DNA from: the human T2T-CHM13v2.0 reference genome, Homo sapiens
Reading direction: 5' to 3' (one strand)
NCBI RefSeq assembly: GCF_009914755.1
Contig: NC_060926.1
Length of the DNA stretch: 64,000 nt
Numbering within the stretch: position 1 is the first letter of the stretch; every line of letters starts with the position of its first letter. The translations under genes and the position numbers were made by a program. The notes below the pieces were generated by a model. That model did not search any database. It was given only the letters and a program-made list of their open reading frames with translations, and was not told where the DNA came from. This document shows, one piece after another, positions 45,544 to 58,823 of this stretch.

Positions 45544-48231
45544 TAGTATTCTGTTTTTCTTACATGTATTACAGTTAGGCCCCACAATAGCAGCTACAGC
45601 AATAAAATTGTATAATAAGTAGCTCTAAACTGACTCAAATAATTTCTAAGGTATCAAAAAAATCCCAAGTTTATGATTCTGCAATAGTCAAACTGTTGGA
45701 CTTTCATCCAATTTGTTGAATTATTTTCTACTAAGATCTGAAAAGCAGATTAAAGAAGAAAGCCTCGTAGCCAACAGATCCCTTCTTTGTACTTTCTGAA
45801 AAATAATAGGACTTTCTCCTATTTTGTCTAACGTACTGCATTCATAGCCCATGAAACACAGAGTAGGTTTCCATTAGAACATATTGTTTATGCCGTGTCA
45901 CTGTGCTAAAGCCTTCCTTGTCATTGTTCTCTTGGCTGGTTTCAATTAAAGACTATTTGTTTTTTTCTCTCCTTGTATCAATTGGTAAAACATAATGCAG
46001 CATGATGTTATAGCTCAAAACCTAATGATATTCCCCACGAAGAAGACATGTCAGAGTCAGTGTGACGCTACCAGCAAATTTCTTTCTTATCAAAGTCTCC
46101 ACATACACTCAACCAAGGAACTCCTTATTGTTCATTCTGCTGCCTGGCCTCTTAATATTTGAAATCAAGTCCATTCTCTCACCCCTCACCCCTTTAATAT
46201 CTACCTATCTTTCTCCTGCTGGAGAAATATATCAGATTTCTCCAGGGCTAAGTCTCTCTCTTCAGCTATTACTTTTGCTACTGCTGGGCTCTTCCTCCAG
46301 ACCCTCTGCCATGTCATCAGACCCCATGAATACTTGAGATTGAAATTTGCATTCAATTTCTATTAAAACCAACTTCAGTAGTATGTGTACAGTAGCGGAT
46401 GCAGACAATTCTACTTGATTCGAGACAAATCTCTGCTGTTACAATTAAATAAATTCCCTTTTTCTGGGCCTCAGGATTGAGGAAGAACATCAGATTCTTC
46501 ATTCTTGAAGGCAAACCTTTAACAGCACTGTTGTGTATAAGTATGTTATAGACCAAAATAATCTAACACTGTCTTATGGGATGGGATTTGTTCAGATAGG
46601 GCTGTTATGGGGCCAGTGGATTCGGCACTGCTCAGAACTGCCTTAGGTAACAGCTCCACAGGTTGAAACCATGTGACTCCATACATATCTGAAGGAACTA
46701 TGCACGTGCGACCAAGGCATGCTGGCTGCCTTCAATCCACAGGGACCTGCATGAGGGTTAGGGTTAAGGCCAGAGCATCAGACAGCAAGACCAAGACCAG
46801 CCCTATTAAGTTACAAAGTCAGAGTTCAGCTATTTTTTTGCAATGCTTTTCTAGAAAGTGTAATCCCAATAACCAAAAGTTTCAAACAGAAGCAGGTTGT
46901 CTATCTGATTGTGGTTATTGGAGAAATGATGAGTCTAAAAGACATTTTATGTATCCTTCCAACTCCAATGCTCTAGGATTCAGGGCTTTTAACTTATTTT
47001 CTTTGAAGCTACTTCATTATCTGCCTATTTCTTTTTTAAAGAGAGTGAAATGGAACAAATACATCTTTCTTATTAAGCCTTTGTCCAGTAGATGAATGTG
47101 ACGAAGGCTATTATTGATTCAACAAATTCTATCTCCTCTTCCTCCTGGACTGCAAGAGTGCCTCCGCTGCAATTAAGTATGACCACATAACCAAGTTCTA
47201 ACCAGTGAAATGTCAGTTGCGCTACCTCCAGGCCGGGCAAGCTGACTAGAGACATCGTACCTGGGCTAAGGGCCCCAAATGACAGAGGGAACAAACTTTC
47301 TGCCCAATTCTCCCCTCCCCCAACTCTATCCTCCCTCCCAGCCAAGGAACACCTGCTTCAGACTGTTAAGTGAGCAATAATAAGCTTCCATTGTGTTTGA
47401 ATCACTACACATTTTGGGGTCTATTTATTAAGGCAGCCTGACCTATACACTAATGTACCTAGAAGCATTCTTATTTCTTAAACTAAAATCTGTTTACTAA
47501 CTTTCTATATTGTTCCAGAAACTAATGAATATTTTACCCAATTATCCAGAAAGCTTTTATTTTAACAAATGCATACAATTTATATTTAAAGCAATACCAT
47601 GCTTGTTTTTATTCTTAATATACCAATTTATTAAAATCTATCTGAAGTTTTTTTACATTTTAAAATTATTTCGTGCATTTAGTGGATTCTCATAATTTAG
47701 CAAAGAGAAAGTGAATGGCTTAATTACTGCCTTCAAAAATAAAGAATGTGACGTTTTTCTTCAATCCTACAGTAATAAATTGGATGCATTTGCCCATACT
47801 TTTTGATGCACCCCATTTAAATTTCCTACATTTCTGATAAATCTCAGGTTTTTTCATGTGGTTATTTTTACATGGACTGCATTCAGCACTGTGAAAGAGC
47901 TTAATATTTAGAATTGAGTCAATACAGGCTTTTTACCATTTCTCTGCAAAACAGAGAAACTTTCTTTAGAATTTTTCACAAAACTTAAATGATAAAATTA
48001 TTTAATGGCTAATGCCTGAGCCATATTGTTGATGGATCATAGTAAAATACATTAAAAAAAGATCAATAAAATAACAAGGACATTTCTAATAAAAAAAACC
48101 CACAACTATAATAAATATCCAAATAAGTACTATTCCCTACAAAATGATCACTTTGGGAGGCTTATGATTAAAATAATTCTCACTCTCTTCTTTTGAGGAA
48201 ATTCAGTACTTGACATTTATGCTTTCATATG

Positions 48232-48263
<32 letters not shown>

Positions 48264-48630
48264 AATTCCCAAATACTGCCTAGTTTGACCAGCAAGCCAC
48301 TATACTCATGAGAAATATTATATATTTTAATTAATATTTTTTCATAAAAAACATTTTGGTATGAAATTATTAATAACTGAGAAAATAAAGATATATACAT
48401 TTAAATAAAACAAATGGCTTATTTTTCTTCTCATGGTCCTTTCTTCACTGGGGACTCAATGTTATACTTCATATTTTCAGAGTTCTTTTATTATATTCTT
48501 CCCAAGAATACTGAGTTAACTTTTAACTAGAGAACTTCTGAAATCTCTGGAAACATAGATCTACAATTCAATTTATCACACAAGTTTGGTTAAAGGAAAA
48601 TAAAAATACAAAAACATCTATATTTCTCAC

Positions 48631-48689
48631 CTCCCATCAAACCTGTGCTTCAGGAAATCAAAGAGGGCTTTCTGCATCATGTCTGTTAC
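48631..48689 (-). CDS. CACNB4: CACNB4 exon 9 ([19 protein letters not shown])
   Basis: AAG| acceptor and GAG|GTGAGA donor, 59 nt, conserved GK sequence. Confidence 0.97.
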
Positions 48690-49660
48690 CTTTGCAGAGG
48701 TGAGAAAAAAAGAATGAGGCAAACACATGCAGAGAGAGAGAGAGAAGTCAAAAGGGAGAGAGGAGGGAGGGAAGGGTACTATGAGCCAAGACCTTATTGT
48801 AGCCATTCGTCTCCTAGGGGGAGGTTACCATGGAAGGTGTTTTTCATGCTTAACCATGTGCAATTGCTAATTTCCACCCCCCTTGGTTCTCCTCCAGGGT
48901 GTTGAGGAATAAACCAGCAGTGTTCACCAGACCCTCTTCCCTCTTCCCTCTTCCCTCGTTAGGGGATAGAACTGCTGCCAGGAGACAACAGGCTGGCTTT
49001 GTACACAGGTGCCGGGTATCCTTGGCACGCCTGAGTTGTGCCTGCCTCCAGTGAGGAGCAGCTAGAGAACTGAGGCCAGCACTGGACTCAGCCTTCCTGC
49101 TAGTTTGTGTATGTTGGCGGAAATTCTCCATGCCCATGGCTGGATTTTTGTAGACCACTCTCCTGCTCATCCCTCTGACATTTCCAACTCTGAGAAAGAC
49201 AAGAGAGAAAGAGAGGGGGATAGAGCCAGGATTCTTAGATCTGCCTGAAAGCGATTCATTAATTCATTCAGCAAATGTGTACTGAGTGCCTACTATGTGC
49301 CACACATTGTCCTAGCTCGATGGGAATGGTGCCCTGGAGGCTGCTCACCTTCAGAGTTTAATGTCACGTTCTACCTATTTTTTAATCCAAGCTAGCACAA
49401 AGTCAAAACAAACATCTGAAACGAAGTCTCTACTCTTTTCCTTGTCACATGGTTTTGTTTAATCTCCAAAGTTCACTAATGCTTTTAGTGGTCTTTTAAA
49501 ACATGTGCCCTTTAAAATAAATAAGCAGAGAAGGATTTGGTGGCATATGCCATCATCTTAAAAACCCAGCAGGGTGAACTCTGTTTGGGCTTTAAAGGTT
49601 TGGGTTTGCTGGAAGATTGATTGTTTGTCCTCTTGTGCTGTTCATTCTCTATTACTTCTA

Positions 49661-50131
<471 letters not shown>

Positions 50132-50295
50132 TCATAATTTCATAATTCTCAGGTTGAACGACAAATGATTATCAAAGTCCCCACCGAGGAGGCTCTTCCC
50201 TTATTTTATAGCCACTTGGGTCACTGAAATGGAGCATTGCAGGCATGTATATATAGGAACCTTAACAGTAGATTTAAAAAGGAAACACAACTTAC

Positions 50296-50315
50296 CACTT
50301 TTTGCTTCTGTTTTG
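50296..50315 (-). CDS. CACNB4: CACNB4 exon 7, 20-nt HOOK microexon (AKQKQKV)
   Basis: TTTTAG|CAAAACAGAAGCAAAAAGTG|GTAAGT. Restores the frame between exons 6 and 8. Confidence 0.96.
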
Positions 50316-51856
50316 CTAAAAGACAATAACGAGAGCCATATCAAAATATGTAAACTCTGCAAATGACAGTACATGAGTTTAAAAGATGGAAGAATGTACC
50401 CATTTGTCCCTGTAATTATCTTCACCACCTTCCTATCGCCCACTTTGGAGAACCTGCCTTATGATTTCATTCTGGACACGTCAATTTTGAAGATGTATGA
50501 AAAACAGACAGCTTCCTCCCTGGTACAAATGACCTTATATCCTGATTTCTCACTGGGTGGGAATTGGGTACAGGAGTTGAGAGCAACACTGGAAGTTCCG
50601 GGCCAGCCAATCACCATGGGTTGTTCCCGTGCTGGACACAGCACAGTGTTGCTGGGAACAAGGTAGACAAATGCAATTTCATAAAAGGAAACAGAATAAC
50701 CACTTGGGCAAAAATGACTATCACCTCAATCAATAGTTATTTTTATATTTGTTAACTCATAATTCTGCAGTCCCTTGGGCATTTTTGCCCATTTTCTAGA
50801 ATATTGGCACATTTTTCCTACTATCTTGCTTCTAAATTTCAAATACATTTATAACCAGTTATTCCTCAGATAAATTTATAATGAGTTATTCCTGTTCTTT
50901 CCTGTTTGTAATAGCTAAAGTGTTCAATGTCCTGAATGTCCAACAAATGGGAACGAAGCAAAATATACTCAATAACTGATTTAAAGCGATTCTGTGGACA
51001 TCCAAGCAGCTCCAGTCTAGTTGGGTACAACTCAGAAACCTGGTTTGGTTCAGTGTCCTGTAGATAAGAGGGCTTCACATGAACAAGGACCCAGACACTT
51101 AGAACCACTCCAGAACCAATCCAGTTGCCTCCAGTTTTGGTAGGCCAGAATAGGGCCTTGGACTTGCCATTCCAAATTGGTAATACAATTGGAATTGGTA
51201 ACTAGGACACTGGATGCCCTAATGCAACAGCAGTTCTAGGCCAGAATGAAATTAGCCGATAGGAATCAGGGAATGTGGTAGAAGAAAAATTCCTACATGA
51301 ATAACTCCATCGTTTCCAAATGTACCACAATTCCCTATTAGGCCACCAATATCTCTTCATTACCATTAATTCCAGGGCTTGGCTGTCTGCTGTCCAAATG
51401 TAAACGAGGCCCTCCCTCCTTTGGGCCCTGCCTTACTCTCTGCTTCAACCCTTCCAGCTCGGGCTGTACTAATACATCCTGAAATTCCACATGGAGACTG
51501 AAAACAGCATTTTCTTGAGAGTCTGCATCATTTTTTTCCTTTTTTTATTGGCCTTCACCATCTTAAACTCTGTCCGTTCCTTAGGTAAAATAATGAATTT
51601 TTTGAATATCAATTTACACAATGGACAGTTATTAACACTGAGGGGTAAATAAGATTTTTCAAAATTATATTCTAATGACATGAATTTTTAATACCATTTT
51701 AAATGAAATCAAATTACCATAGAAAACAAATGAGAAATGAAATATTAATTAGAGAATCTTTAAATTAAGCCTTCAAATTGTTTCCAAATTAGCAAAACTA
51801 CTTGCATGTGTGTTCAAATATTTTTAAAAGGAATACAGTGTATGAAAAAGAGTTTA

Positions 51857-52030
<174 letters not shown>

Positions 52031-52705
52031 TCATCCTATTAAATAATTCAAAACACACCAAATTCTGCTATAAAGAACTTCAAGAATCTATCCAAATGTT
52101 TTCTTTGACCTCATTTCTAAGAGAATGTGGAGAACTAGCCGAGACCTGGAATACTCTGCAAAAGCATCTCTTCTAGTTACTCAGTGCGGAAATCAGACAA
52201 AACCATCACTGACGGGAATGGTCTTATGAACTGCTTGTTAACCTAACACCAGGCACCAATGTGCCAGTCAGATGTCAAACACAGCTCAAAACAAGCAGTT
52301 AGACCTGGAGAAACCATTTCTTCTTACAAGATGATTATGTGGGCATCAGAATTAAGAACTGATCGTAGGGAATTGGTCACGAAAAATATTATTTATTTAA
52401 ATAGAAGATCCTCAACTCTGGTCTCCTCAGGTGTGCTCTGGAAGCTTCCCTGAAGCCCACAAATGCCATCGGGAGCTGCCACCTTCCTACTTTTTGTCTT
52501 TGACAAAAAAGTTATATGGCCCATGACTGTAACAATTAAGAAATAATAATAACAATAAAACTTTGAAAATGATAATAATTCAGTTATTTTATTCAACAAA
52601 TATGGATTGTACATCCCTGTTTTGGAAAGTAGAAATAAGACAGCGGCATTGGGGAGACAAAATCCTTTCCCTTATTGAGTCATATACTAGTAGGACATAT
52701 CAGTA

Positions 52706-52938
52706 CAGGTTGAATATCCCTTATCCAAAATGCTTGGGAGCAGAAATGTTTTGGATTTCCACTGTTTTCAGATTTCGGAAATTTGCACTATATACTTAGT
52801 TGAACATCCCTAATCCAAATGTCTGAAATCGAAAATGCTCTAATGAGCATCTCCTTTGAGCATCATGTCAGTCCTCAAAAAGTTTCAAATTTTGGAACAT
52901 TCTGGATTTCAGCTTTTCAGATTATGGATGCTCAGCTT
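52706..52938 (+). mobile_element. Tigger4/MER46-like DNA transposon relic
   Basis: TA|caggttgaatatcccttatccaaaatgcttggg terminus. Confidence 0.75.
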
Positions 52939-53255
52939 ATACCAAACAAGATAGATAGGTAAATATATAATATTTCTGAGAGTAACAAGTGCAACAGAGA
53001 AAACTAAGTCAGGGAAGGGATGGGAAGTACAGGGAAGGGGAGTGGGTACAATTTTAAATACAATTGGCAGGAAAGGGGTCACTGAAAGGGTGATACCTAA
53101 CAAAGATATAAAGCAGATGGAGTGGCCGGGTGTAAGTGTGAAGAAAAAGGTTCCAGTAAGAAAAAACAGCAAATGCAAAGACCCCAAGACAGGAACACAT
53201 GCTCCCCATGTGTCTAAAAAGGGGCATGGAAGACAAAATTTTAGAAAAAAAGGGA

Positions 53256-53958
<703 letters not shown>

Positions 53959-54475
53959 AGGGACAAGAGGGATTAATATTAATAATAGTATTGGCAAGTT
54001 ATATGCTAAAAAAGATTGGTAATTAAAAGTGGGGTAACTATACTTTTGTGATCTCCTATTACAGTTGGTGCGGTTCTTATTATGACAAAGGTAGGCGCCT
54101 AAAGAACACAGGAGTTTTTTGAAATAGAAAAGCATTCAACAGAAAACAGAGGTTGAGGGTCAAGAGAAAGAGCTGCTTCTATTTTAGAACTTTCAAAAAA
54201 GTGTAACATATCAAATCAATGCTTCAGTGCAGGCTGCGACACAATACATGCAGACTCAGGATGATTTGGTTTCTCTTCTGTCAAGCTGTGCTTGTGTTCC
54301 TGGGACCTTTAAATACCTGCACTCTGAGATCTACATGCCTACTTCAGTAGCTCACTAGAGGTTGATTCACCTGAAGCTGTCTTCACCCAAATACCAGGAG
54401 ACAAGAGATGCCACAAAAAGCCTGGGGTGGAGAAGGTACTATCAGTGCCGGGACCTGCACATACCATCACATTTT

Positions 54476-55672
54476 TTTTTTTTATTGATCATTCTTGGGT
54501 GTTTCTCGCAGAGGGGGATTTGGCAGGGTCACAGGACAATAGTGGAGGGAAGGTCAGCAGATAAACAAGTGAACAAAGGTCTCTGGTTTTCCTAGGCAGA
54601 GTGTGTGTGTCCCTGGGTACTTGAGATTAGGGAGTGGTGATGACTCTTAACGAGCATGCTGCCTTCAAGCATCTGTTTAACAAAGCACATCTTGCACCGC
54701 CCTTAATCCATTTAACCCTGAGTGGACACAGCACATGTTTCAGAGAGCACAGGGTTGGGGGTAAGGTCATAGATCAACAGGATCCCAAGGCAGAAGAATT
54801 TTTCTTAGTACAGAACAAAATGAAAAGTCTCCCATGTCTACTTCTTTCTACACAGACACAGCAACCATCCGATTTCTCAATCTTTTCCCCACCTTTCCCC
54901 CTTTTCTATTCCACAAAACCGCCATCGTCATCATGGCCCATTCTCAATGAGCTGTTGGGTACACCTCCCAGACGGGGTGGTGGCCGGGCAGAGGGGCTCC
55001 TCACTTCCCAGTAGGGGCGGCCGGGCAGAGGCGCCCCTCACCTCCCGGACGGGGCGGCTCGCCAGGCAGGGGGCTGACCCCTCCACCTCCCTCCCGGACG
55101 GGGCGGCTGGCCGGGTGGGGGGCTGACCCCCCCACCTCCCTCCCGGACGGGGCGGCTGGCCGGGCAGAGGGGCTCCTCACTTCCCAGTAGGGGCGGCCGG
55201 GCAGAGGCGCCCCTCACCTCCCGGACGGGGCGGCTGGCCGGGCAGGGGGCTGACCCCCCACCTCCCTCCCGGACGGGGCGTCTCGCCTGGCGGGGGGCTG
55301 ACCCCCCCATCTCCCTCCCGGACGGGGCGGCTGGCCGGGCAGAGGGGCTCCTCACTTCCCAGTAGGGGCGGCCGGGCAGAGGCGCCCCTCACCTCCCGGA
55401 CGGGGCGGCTGGCCGGGCAGGGGGCTGACCCCCCACCTCCCTCCCGGACGGGGCGTCTCGCCTGGCGGGGGGCTGACCCCCCCATCTCCCTCCCGGACGG
55501 GGCGGCTGGCCGGGCAGAGGGGCTCCTCACTTCCCAGTAGGGGCGGCCGGGCAGAGGCACCCCTCACCTCCCGGACGGGGCGGCTGGCCGGGCGGGGGGC
55601 TGACCCCCCCACCTCCCTCCCGGACAGGGCGGCTGGCCGGGCAGAGGGGCTCCTCACTTCCCAGTAGGGGCG
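54476..55672 (-). mobile_element. SVA retrotransposon, 5'-truncated (VNTR + SINE-R + short poly(A))
   Basis: SINE-R 3' end (minus: CCCAAGAATGATCAATAAAAA), GC-rich ~40/49-bp VNTR units 54960-55672, perfect TSD ataccatcacatttt at 54461-54475 and 55673-55687. Confidence 0.97.
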
Positions 55673-56052
55673 ATACCATCACATTTTGTGCCCACTTAAG
55701 GGAGAGTCTCTGTAAGCGAACCAAGAGGAGCCATACTGCTGGTTCAGGTCAGCTCCCACTCACTGTGTGGAGAAAGAATGCCCGAAGTGACTCTCCTAGA
55801 GGAAAGCTTGGGTTCCAAGGAGGGCTTGCTGAGGCCACAGAAAACAGTCTCTGCCATGGAATTCATATGGTCTCCAGTGGTGTTAGGCTTCAGCATGCAC
55901 AGAGGATAGAGAACTATCTGAAACTCTTCTGTGTCAGTTTCAGAAACACTTTGCACACAGAAAAGTATCTTCTACTTTGAAAGTATACACCCTTGAAAAT
56001 ATCACCCAATTTTCTGACCAAAAAAAAGTGCATAGAAAAGATGGGAACGTAC

Positions 56053-56183
56053 CCTCCGTGAAAACGTCCTCTTTTTTGTTCTTGCTGGATCCGTATGTTC
56101 TCCAATCTGAGTGGACTTGGAATGAAGCCAATTTCACAGCCCTCTTTCACCAGCCTTCCTATCCACCAATCATTGTTATATTT
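56053..56183 (-). CDS. CACNB4: CACNB4 exon 5 ([24 protein letters not shown]...RFHG)
   Basis: CAG| acceptor and GG|GTACGT donor, 131 nt, SH3 core. Confidence 0.97.
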
Positions 56184-56293
56184 CTGGAATTCAGAAATAA
56201 AATTGCTATCAATAGTAATTCACTTATCTTCACGTTGTTTATTAATCTTAGGGGACAAGAAGAATAAAATGCTATTTATATGATATGATATGC

Positions 56294-56995
56294 TATATTT
56301 TATATAAACTATATTTTGTATGTATATGTGTGTATACTATATTTTATATACTATACTATATACTATATTTTATATAAACTATATTTTATATGTATATGTG
56401 TGTATACTATATTTTATATACTATACTATAGACTATATTTTATATAAACTATATTTTATATGTATATGTGTGTATACTATATTTTATATACTATACTATA
56501 TACTATATTTTATATAAACTATATTTTATATGTATATGTGTGTATACTATATTTTATATACTATACTATAGACTATATTTTATATAAACTATATTTTATA
56601 TGTATATGTGTGTATACTATATTTTATATACTATACTATATACTATATTTTATATAAACTATATTATACTATACATTTTATATAAACTATATTGTATATG
56701 TGTATATATCTATATATCTATACTATACTATACATTTTATATAAACTATATTGTATATGTATATATGTATATATCTATATATACTATATTTATATAAACT
56801 ATATTGTGTATGTATATATGTGTATATATACCTATACTATATATTAATATAAAGTATATTGTATATGTATGTGTGCATATATAGATCTATATATACACAT
56901 AGATAGCTATATATACACATAGATATGTATATATACACATAGATATCTATATATACATATATATCTATATATACATACTATATATATATATATCT
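56294..56995. repeat. AT-rich VNTR (five 70-bp units, 140-bp higher order) grading into TA-rich degenerate repeat
   Basis: Units start at 56294, 56364, 56434, 56504 and 56574. The ORF track shows repeated peptides 140 bp apart. Confidence 0.93.
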
Positions 56996-57017
56996 GAGGT
57001 AGATGCATAGACTAAAG

Positions 57018-57240
57018 CAGGGTTCTGCAAACTTTTTCTGTAAAGGTCCAAGTAGTAAATATTTCAGGCTTTGCAGACCACGTGGTCTCTGTTACAATTA
57101 GTTGAATCTGCTGTCCTTGTGTGAAAGCAGCCACAGACAAACATCAACAAGTGAGCATGGCTGTGTTTCAATAAAACTTTTCTTTACAAAAAAGAGAGTG
57201 GGTCAGACTGGACCTGTGGGCTATAGTTTGTGAATCCCTG
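57018..57240 (+). mobile_element. MER58A-like hAT element
   Basis: cagggttctgcaaactttttctgtaaagg...gtttgtgaatccctg termini. TSD gactaaag/gactaatg. Confidence 0.85.
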
Positions 57241-58283
57241 GACTAATGTCTGGTCCTAACCTTTGGATTCTTTTGGTCTTTGTCAAGAAGCTCTAACCAA
57301 TTCTTAAAGAACATATTTTATAAGGATAAATATGCACCAATGTAACTGGAACTCTGGAAGGCAAGACAGATATGTCTGAGATGAAATACATTTAATAGTC
57401 CATAATTTGTCAAAAGCTTTCAGTTAAAAATTCCACGATACTATCTGTGGTCTAATCTCACTGGGGAAGAGTCATGATCTTTCAAATATAGATTTGCAAA
57501 TTAAGGTCCATCTTACTACTTGAAGAAAAAGATGCCTACACTTACAAAGTCTGAGCGTATTATATATTTGTATGTGAAATTTTGCAAATAACTTCCAAAC
57601 GCTCTGAAGCCCAAGAGGAACTCCAGAATTTCCATTTAAGTTAAGTTCCATGACAAGCAAACTCAAGTCTATGAGAAGGCTTCAACCAGTGTGGGGTGAG
57701 AGTCTGTCAATGTGGGCTTATTTGGTGGATTGGCAAAATTGCATTTCTAATTATACATTTGCTGAATTATACAGCAGAAAGCAATTTAGTTCAAGCTCCC
57801 TGCCTCAAGGAAAGGTTTCAGCTAGGTCACTTCTACAAAATAGATACCAGCTCTATTGTTTAAACTCTCTGGAGATGATTCTAAAAACTTCCTTTACTGT
57901 TTTTATCAGTGTTGGGCAAGATAATTCTCTCCTATTTTGACCCAAAATATATATATTTATAAACATATACTTTTTTCAAAATGTAACAATGATATGTAGT
58001 ATATTTTGCTGAGCTCATAGAAAAGCGAAATTTATATATATGTCTGTGTGTGTATATATATATATATGATTCTGATACATTATGAAGGAGGAATGGAAGG
58101 TTTCATTGAATAATCACACCATGAAGTTCTGGGTAAACTTTAAATTATTCTGAGTAACAGCTTCACACTCATGAGAAATATGTTCTGGTAAGAATTTGGC
58201 CTTTGTTATGCACACAGCTTCTCCATGCATACTATATGAGTGGCATAAAGTATGAGATTGCATTGAAATAAATGTAAATTGAG

Positions 58284-58395
58284 GGCTGGCCATGGTGGCA
58301 CATTCCTGTAATCCCAGCACTTTTGGAGTCTGAGGTAAGAGGATCAGTTGAGGCCAGGAGTTTGAAATCAGCCAGGGTAACATAGCAAGACCCTG

Positions 58396-58450
<55 letters not shown>

Positions 58451-58823
58451 AGCTGGGTATAGTAGTGCACCTGTAGTCCTAGTGTACTACACAATTAGCT
58501 AGTGTAGTGTACTACACCATTAGCTAGCTATACAATTAGTGTAGTGTACTACACAATTAGCTAGTATAGTAGTGTACTACTAATTACCTAGTGTACTACA
58601 CAATTAGCTAGTGTAGTGCACTATACTAGACTACACAATTAGCTGGGTGTAGTAGTGCACCTGTAGTCCTAGCTACTTGGGAGGCTGAGGCTGAGGTGGG
58701 AGGATCACTTGAGCCCAGGAGTTCAAGACAGCAGTGAGCTGTGATTGCATCACTGCACTCCAGCCTGGAAAACAGAGCGAGAACCTGTCTCCAAAAAAAT
58801 AAAAAAGAAAAGAAAAGAAAAAA
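58284..58823 (+). mobile_element. AluJ-type with central (CA)n and ~190-bp internal expansion
   Basis: Left and right arms are recognisable. TSD aaatgt(a/g)aattga. (CA)n at ~58398-58447. Confidence 0.88.

Noticed and set aside
54634-55724. Several 100-127 aa repetitive ORFs
   Set aside because: Translations of SVA SINE-R and VNTR.
56294-56660. Regular repeat array superficially like CRISPR, with repeated ORFs
   Set aside because: Head-to-tail units with no unique spacers, in a eukaryotic intron.
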